From positions 1-42,068 of the forward strand of contig CAZBBK010000050.1 in the NCBI GenBank assembly GCA_964490075.1: a stretch of 42,068 nucleotides of DNA. The letters run 5' to 3'. Below, in pieces: positions 18,535-27,114 of this stretch (positions are counted from its first letter, which is position 1; each line of letters starts with the position of its first letter). The position numbers and the translations under genes were made by a program. A model generated the notes under the pieces. It worked only from the letters and a program-made list of their open reading frames with translations. It was not told where the DNA came from and searched no databases. The DNA comes from an uncultured Gemmatimonadota bacterium. GTDB taxonomy: Bacteria; GCA-2686955.

Positions 18535-19800
18535 ATGAGCAATACACACTTCGATCCGGCAGATCTCGACCTCTACTGCCAGGATCCGGGTTCCGCGAGC
18601 GCTTTTCTCGGCACCGCGCTGGCGCCCTATCTGCTCACCGAAGCGGCGCGCCGCGAGGCCGGCGTGGCGCCGCCCCTTCTCTCGGACCGCTCCGGGAGCT
18701 GCACGGCGCTTCTGGTGTGGCGCACTGCATCGCCGAAGGTCTTGCGGCCCAGCTTCATTCTGCCCCTGACCTGGCATCGAGACCGAAAGGACTCAGCCCG
18801 GCTTCCGCGGGGATTGGGGCCGGTCGCCGACGGCGTGCGGCGCGCGCTCGACCTTCCGGACTGGGGACTCGATCTGGCGCCGGAGCTGGACGGCGTAGAT
18901 CTGAGCGGTCTGGCGGTGGACGCCGACTCGACCTGGGCGTCTCTGGCGGCGGGTCTGATCGTCGCGAGCGAGGGTGGCGTGCCGCGATCCAACGTCTTCG
19001 CGACCGGCAGCTGGACGGGCCGGGGCATCGAGGCGATCGACCAGCTCGAAGCGAAGATCGGAGCGGTGCGGGACTGGTCCGAGGCGCACGAGCGGGAGGC
19101 GAAGATCTTCGTGCCGGCTGCCAATGCGATCGCGGCGCTCGAGCTGAAGGGGGGGAGCGTCGAGGTCGCGTACTATCCTCCGGCGGATTCCGAGCCGAAG
19201 AGCTCTCTGAAGCAGCACCTGGCCGATCTCGAGGTTCCTCCGAGTCGCGAAACCGAGCACCTCGACCGCAGGATCGCGTTCTTCAATCGAGATCGTCGCC
19301 CTTGGAAGGTCCATCTCGACTACTACATCGATCATCTCGCGAAAGACATCGCGGTCGGCCTGCGCGAGGATGTGTCGGCAGATCCCCCGGTCGCTCGATT
19401 GGCGCTCGCGGTGGGGTTGAGAGCGGACCTGGCTACGCTCTTGATCGAGACGCTGCGCCCGCGCGAGGCTCTGCTGCTTGTCACAAAGGACAGCCACAAG
19501 TACGTCGAGAGGATCAAAGAGGCGACCGGCCGGGCAGACCTGCCGGTCGTGCTCTTCGACATGCAGCACTACGACGCGGTCGTGTGCGAGCTGCGCGATT
19601 GGTTGAGCGCCGCGCGATCCTCCGGCACCGACGCCGTCGACATCACCGGCGGTACCGGGGCGATGACCGCGTGCCTGCTGGCCGCCGCGTGGCAGACTGG
19701 ATCCCGCGTCCTCTATCTGACGCACAACTGGGAGCAGGGGAGGAACCAGGCCGGCGAAGAGATGCTAGTGCCGCTGCGGCTGGAGGCGCGCAGCCGATGA
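18535..19800 (+). CDS. Lon-type Ser-Lys protease domain fused to a C-terminal CARF domain
   Basis: Lon_C-like 'VDADSTWASLAAGL...VFATGSW..RGIEAIDQLEAK...KIFVPAAN' (Ser132 and Lys174, 42 residues apart); C-terminal CARF 'LALAVG...AVDITGGTGAMT...RVLYL'; start at ATG 18535. Confidence 0.78.
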   Translation: MSNTHFDPADLDLYCQDPGSASAFLGTALAPYLLTEAARREAGVAPPLLSDRSGSCTALLVWRTASPKVLRPSFILPLTWHRDRKDSARLPRGLGPVADGVRRALDLPDWGLDLAPELDGVDLSGLAVDADSTWASLAAGLIVASEGGVPRSNVFATGSWTGRGIEAIDQLEAKIGAVRDWSEAHEREAKIFVPAANAIAALELKGGSVEVAYYPPADSEPKSSLKQHLADLEVPPSRETEHLDRRIAFFNRDRRPWKVHLDYYIDHLAKDIAVGLREDVSADPPVARLALAVGLRADLATLLIETLRPREALLLVTKDSHKYVERIKEATGRADLPVVLFDMQHYDAVVCELRDWLSAARSSGTDAVDITGGTGAMTACLLAAAWQTGSRVLYLTHNWEQGRNQAGEEMLVPLRLEARSR

Positions 19801-20624
19801 CCCGCGACCGCAGCGAGCTGCCGCCCGAGTTCCGGGACGAGATCTTCCGCTACGCCGAGTGCTTGCTGGGCCGGTGGCCGGCGGTTCGCGGACGGACCGA
19901 GGCGGGAGACCTGGTGAGCGTTGGGTGGATGAAGCTCGACGCCGCGCGCCAGTCGGGCGCCACGATCGAAAACCCCGTCGCTTACTGCAAGAGGATCGTC
20001 TTCCGGCATTGCGTCGATCTGCATCGCCAGGCCCGGAGACAGAACACCCATTCCATGGAAGAAATCGAGAAGCTCGGTGACAGAGGGGCCGTGATCGATC
20101 GGCCGGCCGAGGTCGATTCGGCCGCGCGCGCGGTCGCGGCCTGGGGGGAGCGGCTGCGCGGTGCGCTCGATCGCGCCGACTGGCCACCGCCAGGCGTCGT
20201 CCACTATCGAGCGATTCTGCTCCTGGCGTTGCGCGTGGCGCTTCTCGAAGGTGTCGCGAAGGGCGGCGGCGAGATCGAGCCCGGCGTGCCCGTCGTCGAG
20301 CGGATGCTGCCGTGGCGCAGCGAGGAGCAGGGCTTTGCTCTGCGCGCCGAAAGCCCGGTCGAGCTGTCACAGATCTGGTCGGCCATCGTCGAGCATCGGA
20401 AAGAGCGAGGAAGCCCTCTCCGGGTGAACGACATATGCGAGATCGTCAACACGCTCGACACCGGTGCGCCCGCGTTGAACACGAGCCTCTACCGCCAGTG
20501 GATCCTGAGATCCAAGAAGCTGGGCAAAGAGCTGATCGATGCGGAGGAATGGAGCAGAGCTTTCGCTGGTCTGCTGCCGGACGTGCGCGGCCGCGCGCGC
20601 TCGCCGCAGGGGGTGCCATCATGA
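19797..20624 (+). CDS. ECF sigma-factor-like protein (region 2 recognisable, atypical C-terminus)
   Basis: 'EAGDLVSVGWMKL...IENPVAYCKRIVFRHCVDLHRQARR' fits the sigma70/ECF region 2 pattern; ATGA overlap with the Lon-CARF stop. Confidence 0.65.
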   Translation: MTRDRSELPPEFRDEIFRYAECLLGRWPAVRGRTEAGDLVSVGWMKLDAARQSGATIENPVAYCKRIVFRHCVDLHRQARRQNTHSMEEIEKLGDRGAVIDRPAEVDSAARAVAAWGERLRGALDRADWPPPGVVHYRAILLLALRVALLEGVAKGGGEIEPGVPVVERMLPWRSEEQGFALRAESPVELSQIWSAIVEHRKERGSPLRVNDICEIVNTLDTGAPALNTSLYRQWILRSKKLGKELIDAEEWSRAFAGLLPDVRGRARSPQGVPS

Positions 20625-21412
20625 GTCTGAAGCTGTCCGCCTTCCCGCATCCGCGAAAGAGTGCTCGCGTGCGGGTGTTCGGGAGCGTCCCCAGAGCCCT
20701 CGACCATCTGCGAGATCATCTGCTCACGGCTCCCGAGGCGGAGGCCTGGGGATTGATGGTTCCCGACTACCGCGATGTTCTCGATCCGGAGGATTGGCGG
20801 GGGCGATCGCGACTCGTACGGGAGATGATGGATCAGGATGGACAACCTGCCGGTGACCTCTACCGGATCTACGCACAAGCCATCGCGCAAGCCTGTCACG
20901 GGGGCAGGAACCTGGGATGGCATGTCGAGACCGATGGGGTGGAAGCGTACTTCTACACCACGGCGGTGCTGGTCCTGTTGCGTTTCGATTCCGGCGGCGA
21001 CTCCGTCGTCCTGACATCGTTCATCCCAGGGCAGGGTTCGGCCGATAAGGTCCGAAAGAGCAGAGACGAAGACGATTCCGGCGGCTCCATCGTTCGCGAG
21101 TCGACACGACGGATGCGCCGGGGCCGGCGCGAGCTCCGTGAAGACCGGGAGCGGTCGATGCGCGAGATCGAATGGAGTGAATCGGAGCGCCGCTACTTCC
21201 GGGTTTTTCGTCCCACCGTGCAGTTCATTCGGCGATCGCACTTCGATGAATTCGCTTTCGATCCCGGCCGAGGCAGGGCCAGGACCAGGCGGCATGAGTA
21301 CGCTCTGCTGAAGAAAAGGCTCCCCAGTAGCTCCAGACTGTCGTACGAGTACTGGAGGGAGCTGACCGACAACCCGTTTCGGGTGCAGGAGCAGGACCTT
21401 GAGCAGTTCTGA
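20621..21412 (+). CDS. Hypothetical protein (possibly Csx31-like) in the protease/sigma operon
   Basis: 263 aa; ATGA overlap with the sigma-like gene; no recognisable catalytic motif. The Csx31 idea rests on context only. Confidence 0.6.
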   Translation: MSLKLSAFPHPRKSARVRVFGSVPRALDHLRDHLLTAPEAEAWGLMVPDYRDVLDPEDWRGRSRLVREMMDQDGQPAGDLYRIYAQAIAQACHGGRNLGWHVETDGVEAYFYTTAVLVLLRFDSGGDSVVLTSFIPGQGSADKVRKSRDEDDSGGSIVRESTRRMRRGRRELREDRERSMREIEWSESERRYFRVFRPTVQFIRRSHFDEFAFDPGRGRARTRRHEYALLKKRLPSSSRLSYEYWRELTDNPFRVQEQDLEQF

Positions 21413-22643
21413 GATCGATGGGCTCTTCATTCGCGAGACGCCGGAGCCGCCCCCAGACTACGCGCCGCGCGTGGACGACCTGATCGAGATCTGGGTCGAT
21501 CGCGCCAGCGCGGCGGTCGAGACGTGGAGGGCCGGACGGGACCGGGTCGGGAGTGAGCCGCCCTGGGAGTTCCGGGAGCTCTGCGAGGCCGCCTATGACG
21601 CGTTGGCGAGCTGGAGTGGACTGATCAGGATTCGGCCCGATCTCAGGCCGCTTTGTGACGACACTTTCGCGGAGCTGCGTGCACTGATCCGGAAAGATAG
21701 GGAAGCCCTGGTCCGCGCGGCGGAGCGCCTGCCGGATCCCGCCGGGTGGATGGAGGAGATGCGGGAGTGGGAGCAGGAGGCCGAGTCGCCGGGGATCGAT
21801 CACGTGTACGCATCACGCCGAGCCCGCGAGCTCTACTGCGACCTCGACGATGCGGAGCTGGTGGCGTGGGCGCTGGACAGGCTTCTCCCGGGGTCGGGTC
21901 GCCGGCTAGCGGAGGAGCTCGAGCCTTGCTTGCGGCGCGCTACCGACGAGGCATGGCGCTTCTATCCTGCGTCGACCTACTTGCGGCGCGTCGCCGAGTC
22001 GATGGATCCGGGGCTCGCCGACCGCGACCCCGATCTGGCTCTCACACAGGTCAAGCTCCTGGCGACGCTCGACGCCTTCGACCGCGCCCTCGCGGAGGAA
22101 CCCGCGAACCTCGCCCTCTCTGCGGAAGAGCTGAAGCTGCTCGGCTCGCACGCGCTCTCCCCCTCAGCGGCGGCAACTCCCTGGGAAGAGCGCCTCCGAC
22201 ATTTCATCGACGCGCTCTCCGAGGAGTGGAAGCGAATCGTGTCGACTCCGCCGCCATGGCCAGTCCACGCCCCGATTCACTCGACCGGGACGGCCGCGGG
22301 ACCGGCGGCAGGCGGCGATCGCATCGATTGGCGCGGCGCTCGCGAAAGCTGGCGCGCATTCGCCAGACTGCCCGCCGCCGCGGACGCGGCCGATTCGGCG
22401 AGGATCGAGCTCTATCTGAGCGGCGTGGAGGACGACGACCGTGTGTTGCTGGCGGGGATCGAGCGGGCGCTGATGAGCGCCGGTGCTCTGCATCGCGTCA
22501 CATTCGAGCTGGGCGAGCTGCGGCGCGGAGCTCCCCCCGAGCTCCCGGACGGGCTGCTGCTGCTGCGCGCGGACGGCCGCCTCGATCTCGGAATCCCCAG
22601 CGCCGCGAACCAGCTCGAGGACACCGAGCCGCCACCGGCGTGA
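21399..22643 (+). CDS. Hypothetical protein; candidate anti-sigma / protease substrate (possibly Csx30-like)
   Basis: TTG start after AGGAG, overlapping the previous gene; acidic helical N-terminus, Pro/Ala/Gly linker ('STPPPWPVHAPIHSTGTAAGPAAGG') and beta-pattern C-terminus. Confidence 0.6.
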   Translation: MSSSEIDGLFIRETPEPPPDYAPRVDDLIEIWVDRASAAVETWRAGRDRVGSEPPWEFRELCEAAYDALASWSGLIRIRPDLRPLCDDTFAELRALIRKDREALVRAAERLPDPAGWMEEMREWEQEAESPGIDHVYASRRARELYCDLDDAELVAWALDRLLPGSGRRLAEELEPCLRRATDEAWRFYPASTYLRRVAESMDPGLADRDPDLALTQVKLLATLDAFDRALAEEPANLALSAEELKLLGSHALSPSAAATPWEERLRHFIDALSEEWKRIVSTPPPWPVHAPIHSTGTAAGPAAGGDRIDWRGARESWRAFARLPAAADAADSARIELYLSGVEDDDRVLLAGIERALMSAGALHRVTFELGELRRGAPPELPDGLLLLRADGRLDLGIPSAANQLEDTEPPPA

Positions 22644-22658
22644 GCGAGCAGCACTGAT

Positions 22659-23603
22659 ATGGAATCACCGCAAGCCTCACCCGCGATGATCTCGATTCGA
22701 TTGCGCATCGAGCTGGGCCACGAGTGGCGATTCGAGGATCTGCCGCCCCGCTCGATCGCACTCGACGGTGCGGTTTTGGGGCCGCGGATCGACCCCGCGA
22801 AGCAGCGCTACTCCTTCGACCACCACAAAGGCTGTGTGCGCCTGGTGACCAGCGCCACTTGCCAGCAGGTGCTCGACGCCATGCTCCTGGGGCTGGATCC
22901 GGCCGGCCACGAGGTTCTCGTCAACGACCTCGATGCCGACACAGTATTGTCGATCTGGCTGCTGGAGCATTACGGACGTTGGCGGCGGCCCGACGAGCGC
23001 GAGCGGGTCCGCCCGCTGGTCGCCAGCGTGGCGGCGCTCGACGCCCACGGTCCGGCCTACCCGGCTCCCGATGCGCATCTGGCGACGCACTTTCAAGCGT
23101 TGATCATGGCGCCGGTCCGCAAGGCCGCGCGATCGACGTTCGAGGAAGGGACCGCCGCACCCCTGTCCAAGGCCCTGGCCTGTCTGGAGAGCTGGTGGGA
23201 CTCGGGACTGGTGCCGGAAAGCACGTCCGACGACCCCGGCCCGACGCTCGCGGTGACCGATCGCGGATCCTGGATCCTGGCGAGTCTCGGGGACGATCCG
23301 GGTGCCAATCCCCTGGCCGGAATGGCGCGGCTCTATGAACAAGGCCACGACCGGATCGTGTTGCACCGTCTGCTCCGCGGCGAGCACTACTACACGCTGG
23401 CGAAGCGCTCCGACCTGGTCACCGCCTTCCCGCTGCCGCGGCTCTACGAGCATCTGAACCGGGCCGAGTCGGAGGCGCGCGCCGCGACGCTGTCGCCGGG
23501 CGAAACCTGGGGCGGCGGATCGAGCATCGGCGGTGGGCCGCGGCGAGGCAGCGTGCTGGGGCCGGAGCGGGTGACGCAGGTGGTGGGGGCGCTGCTCGAC
23601 TAA
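22659..23603 (+). CDS. DHH-motif phosphoesterase (NrN-like), candidate second-messenger degrading enzyme
   Basis: 'SFDHH..C.R..TSATCQQV', 'VNDLDAD', 'LDAHG' and C-terminal Gly-rich 'WGGGSSIGGGPR'. Confidence 0.6.
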   Translation: MESPQASPAMISIRLRIELGHEWRFEDLPPRSIALDGAVLGPRIDPAKQRYSFDHHKGCVRLVTSATCQQVLDAMLLGLDPAGHEVLVNDLDADTVLSIWLLEHYGRWRRPDERERVRPLVASVAALDAHGPAYPAPDAHLATHFQALIMAPVRKAARSTFEEGTAAPLSKALACLESWWDSGLVPESTSDDPGPTLAVTDRGSWILASLGDDPGANPLAGMARLYEQGHDRIVLHRLLRGEHYYTLAKRSDLVTAFPLPRLYEHLNRAESEARAATLSPGETWGGGSSIGGGPRRGSVLGPERVTQVVGALLD

Positions 23604-24190
23604 ATCGTCGGTCGCGGCACTTCGTCCACTTCGATCTCGAACCCCTCGAGAAGTGCCGAGGACGCGCGGTCGCCAAGCCCGTAAAGCCCCCCACGCACAT
23701 ACCCGCGCTCGGTCCAGGAGAGGATCTCTGTCGTTTCGCCCTCAAGGTTGACGTACCAGAGCTCTCGCACACCGTGACGCTCGTAGGTCGCTCGCTTCTG
23801 GGTTCGATCGCGCAACGCTGTTGTTGGCGAGAAGATCTCGACCACAAGATCGGGAGCCCCCTCCACGCCTCGTTCCGTCGTTACTTCTGCCCGGCGGCCG
23901 CTGAGCACCACCAGAAAGTCAGGCTGGACAACCTGCTCGCGGTCTTGCTCGCGAAGCACGACGTCGATCGGCGCGTACAAAATCTCACCGGCGCCGGTGC
24001 TCCGCAGTTGAGTGAGCAGCAAGAACCCGAGATCGCGCGAGACCCGCTGATGACGAGTAGATGGGTGAGGAACCATGACGAGGTTACCTTCGGTCGGCTC
24101 CCAGCGATTTTTCCCCTCACCGAGGGCGTCGTAGTCAGCCCGGCGATAGGGGAAGCGGGGCAGTGGGGCGGAGGGCGCGCTCTTTGGCAT
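23600..24190 (-). CDS. Uma2 family (DUF820) endonuclease-fold protein
   Basis: 'PHPSTRHQRVS', 'APIDV', 'VQPDFLVV', 'GAPDLVVEIFSPTT..RDR..K...YERHGVRELW'. Confidence 0.88.
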   Translation of the reverse strand: MPKSAPSAPLPRFPYRRADYDALGEGKNRWEPTEGNLVMVPHPSTRHQRVSRDLGFLLLTQLRSTGAGEILYAPIDVVLREQDREQVVQPDFLVVLSGRRAEVTTERGVEGAPDLVVEIFSPTTALRDRTQKRATYERHGVRELWYVNLEGETTEILSWTERGYVRGGLYGLGDRASSALLEGFEIEVDEVPRPTI

Positions 24191-24305
24191 CTCGAGTCTC
24201 TCCGGACGGTCACCCTTTTCACCAGCCTACATCACGGCGGGGGGATCGGTATCGTCCGTCCGTGACGACATCATAATCCTGACGATCAAACCGCGAGAAC
24301 CGACC

Positions 24306-25496
24306 ATGGGCAGACACCTCTAATCGTTCCTCGGCAAGAGATTGCCGGAAAAGGGCAACTATCGAAGCGCGAAGTACCGCTTCAGCGACGGCAGCGAGAG
24401 CCAACATGTGCGCTTCTTTCTGGTCGCGTTGCATGGGTGGCTTTGCTCGTGCGATCGCCGGCCGGATCGCGTGGTCGTGTTGGGGACTGCGTCATCGATG
24501 TGGGAGAACCTCGTCGATCTGTTGCCCTCGGGGCGCCCGCTCGATGAGGACCGATGGGCGGAGCTCGCCACTCGTGTGACGGCCGCGGATGTCGATGACG
24601 CGTGTCTGTCCTGGATCGAGCGCGAGCTGCGATCCGTCTTGGAGACCGACGTGAGATTGCGCGTGATTCCCTTCGGGTGCGACAGAAGGGAGCAGTTGGG
24701 GATCGTCTCGGCGATCGCGGATGGGGTGTCAGCCGACGATCGGCTGGTCCTGGATATCACGCACGCATTTCGTCACTTGCCGGTGATTGCGAGCAGCGCG
24801 CTGGCCTACGTTGCTCGCGCTCGACGAGCCTCGGTCGAGAGCATTTACTCCGGCGCTTTCGAGATGGCCTCTGGTGGAGCGGCGCCGGTGCGGGTGCGAG
24901 ACACGGCCGATCCTTCCGCTCTCTCGGATCTGGGTGGGCTGGACTCAGGCCTCAGGAAAGCACTGCAAGATGCCGGTTTCGCGCGGAAGATCGGCCAGCT
25001 CGGGCGGATGGTCGATCGGCTGAGCGCGGCGCGGGGAGCCTTGCGCAACCGGCTGGAGACCGCGACGACCAGAGACGACCCTCTGCTGCAACTGGTCGGC
25101 GACGATGTTGACCAGGTTCTGTCCCCCACCGGCCAGCGACACACGTGGACGGCCATGTTGCGATTCGCCGAAGGTCTGGCCGAGTGTGATCCGATGCGGG
25201 CCTTGGTGCTTCTTCGGGAAGCCGTGGATGTGTGGGCCGATGAGGTGCACTTCGGGGGCAAGCTGAAGTGGACCCGACCCGAGGATCGCCGCCGGAAGAT
25301 CCGCGAAAAGCTGCCCGAGGCGCATCGAGACGGCTTCAATTTGCTCTGCGACTTTCGCAACCGAGTTGTGCATGGCCGAAAGCCCGGCCAGAAGATGCGC
25401 AGGGACGAGATTGGCGATGCGATGAAGACGCCGGAGGGGTTCGGGCATCTGATGCGTCGGGTGCTGGAAGAGACCGAGAGGATGATCGGCACGTAG
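24306..25496 (+). pseudogene. csx1: Csx1/TIGR02221-like CARF-HEPN RNase with an in-frame stop at codon 6 (pseudogene or sequencing error)
   Basis: ATG 24306 reads MGRHL*SFLGK (TAA at 24321-24323), in frame with ORF 24342-25496, which has 'VLGTASSMWE', CARF 'LDITHAFRHLP' and HEPN 'RNRVVH'. Confidence 0.7.
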
Positions 25497-25535
25497 GCGC
25501 CCGATCGATGCGGCAGGGCGATGGAGCAGGACGGG

Positions 25536-27080
25536 CTAATGCCAATGAAAAGCCTCATGCATCAGCTCGCGGCTGCGGCGCAGGCGGTCGGCCGCCGGTA
25601 GGGCGCGTAGCTCGGCGCTCAGGCCCTGGTCGGCCTGCTTGCGCAGGCTGGCGATCACCGCGTCGATGATGCGCTTGGGGAATCCTCGCTCCTCGAAGAA
25701 GGGGCGGTGCTGGCGCAGGCAGTCGGCCGCCTCGACCGCGGTGTAGGGGAGCTGCTCCAGGCGCTCGGCCAGCTCGGGCTGCTCGAAGATGTTGCCCTGG
25801 ACCTCCAGCGCCCGCGCCTTGTCGGCGGCCTCGGGGTCGCCCAGGCCTTCGGCCGCGCAGATCGCCACCGCGGCCAAGAGCAGATGGCAATAGGCGCTGC
25901 CGTCGGGGCCGCGGTACTCGATGGTCGGTCGCGCGAGATCGCTCGGATAGTCGCCGGTCTCGGCCGGGTTCATGACCTGGTCCATGCGCTGGGCGGTGTC
26001 GAAGCTGAGCGGCACCCGCACCAGGCTGGAACGGTTGCGCCGGCCCCAACAGATTTTTGTCGGCGCTTCCTGGCCCGGCACCAGGCGCAGGAAGCTGGCC
26101 GCAACGGTGTTGCCGAAGGCGGTCAAGGGCGCGGCGTGGCCGAGGATGCCGCCGATCAGCGCCAGGGCTTCGGAGGAGAGCTCCGCGCCCTCTTGCATCA
26201 TGTTTCTTCCGTCGCGGTAGAGCGCCAGGTGCAGGTGCATGCCGCTGCCCGCCATCCCTTCGTCGAGCTTCGGCAGATAGGTGACCGAGGCGCCGCGGCG
26301 GTCGGCGATCACTCGGATCAGCCAGCGCGCCACCGTCAGCCAGCAGCCGAGATCCTCGATCGGCATCAGGTCGAACTCAAGCTCGTACTGTTCGACGCGC
26401 CGGCCGTGCAGCTCGCTCTCTTCCGACTCGATGCGATCGATGTAGCCGACCTCGCTGTGGCAGTACTTTACGCTGCCCGTCACCTGGCTGACGATGCGCA
26501 AGATCTCGTCGGCGATCGCTCGCCCGTGCAGGTAGGGCGCGCTCTGGTGGTAGTTCCCCTGCGAGCGCGACGGAAAGCGCTCGGTGTCGCGATCGAGAAC
26601 CAGGTAGAACTCGAGCTCCGCCAGGGCCTTCAGCTCGGCGCCGGACTGCTCGCGAATGCGCCGGGCCGCGGCCGCCAGCACGTTGTCCGGCGTGCCGCGT
26701 TCGGGGTTGCCCTGGTGGTCGGCGAAGCGGCAGACGATGTGCAGCTCGTCGTCGGCCCAGGGGTCGAGGAAGGCCCAGCGGTAGACCGGGACCACGTAGA
26801 GATCGCTAGCACCGGTGTCGAAGAGCTTGGGGAAGAGGCTCGACCCGTCGACCCGCTCGCCTCCGGCCAGCACCCGCTCCAGAAAGCGCCCATCGTTCAC
26901 CGGCAGGCGCAGCTCTTTGAGCTTGCCGTCCAGGGCGGCGTAGTGGAAGTCGAGCACCCGGATCCCGTCGTCGCGGCAGAGCGCCAGCAGGTCTTCACGC
27001 TGCCACTCTTCGGGGCGTTTGCCGAGACGCCGCACCAGGGGCCGGACGTCATGCTGCAAGGCGCTCGATGTGTCGATCAT
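25536..27080 (-). CDS. glnA: Glutamine synthetase family protein
   Basis: 'DGKLKEL', 'DGSS', 'AELEFYL', 'HSEVG', 'GMAGSGMHLH', 'RLVPGQEAP', 'NRSSLVRVP', 'IEYRGPDG'; start at ATG 27080. Confidence 0.9.
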   Translation of the reverse strand: MIDTSSALQHDVRPLVRRLGKRPEEWQREDLLALCRDDGIRVLDFHYAALDGKLKELRLPVNDGRFLERVLAGGERVDGSSLFPKLFDTGASDLYVVPVYRWAFLDPWADDELHIVCRFADHQGNPERGTPDNVLAAAARRIREQSGAELKALAELEFYLVLDRDTERFPSRSQGNYHQSAPYLHGRAIADEILRIVSQVTGSVKYCHSEVGYIDRIESEESELHGRRVEQYELEFDLMPIEDLGCWLTVARWLIRVIADRRGASVTYLPKLDEGMAGSGMHLHLALYRDGRNMMQEGAELSSEALALIGGILGHAAPLTAFGNTVAASFLRLVPGQEAPTKICWGRRNRSSLVRVPLSFDTAQRMDQVMNPAETGDYPSDLARPTIEYRGPDGSAYCHLLLAAVAICAAEGLGDPEAADKARALEVQGNIFEQPELAERLEQLPYTAVEAADCLRQHRPFFEERGFPKRIIDAVIASLRKQADQGLSAELRALPAADRLRRSRELMHEAFHWH

Positions 27081-27114
27081 CGATTCGATTCCCACGGTCG
27101 TCGCCAAACTGGCG

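Noticed and set aside
18717-19796. N-terminal extension making the sigma-like ORF 635 aa
   Set aside because: It overlaps Lon-CARF in another frame and has low-complexity Arg/Gly-rich composition; the ATGA coupling at 19797 is the more plausible start.
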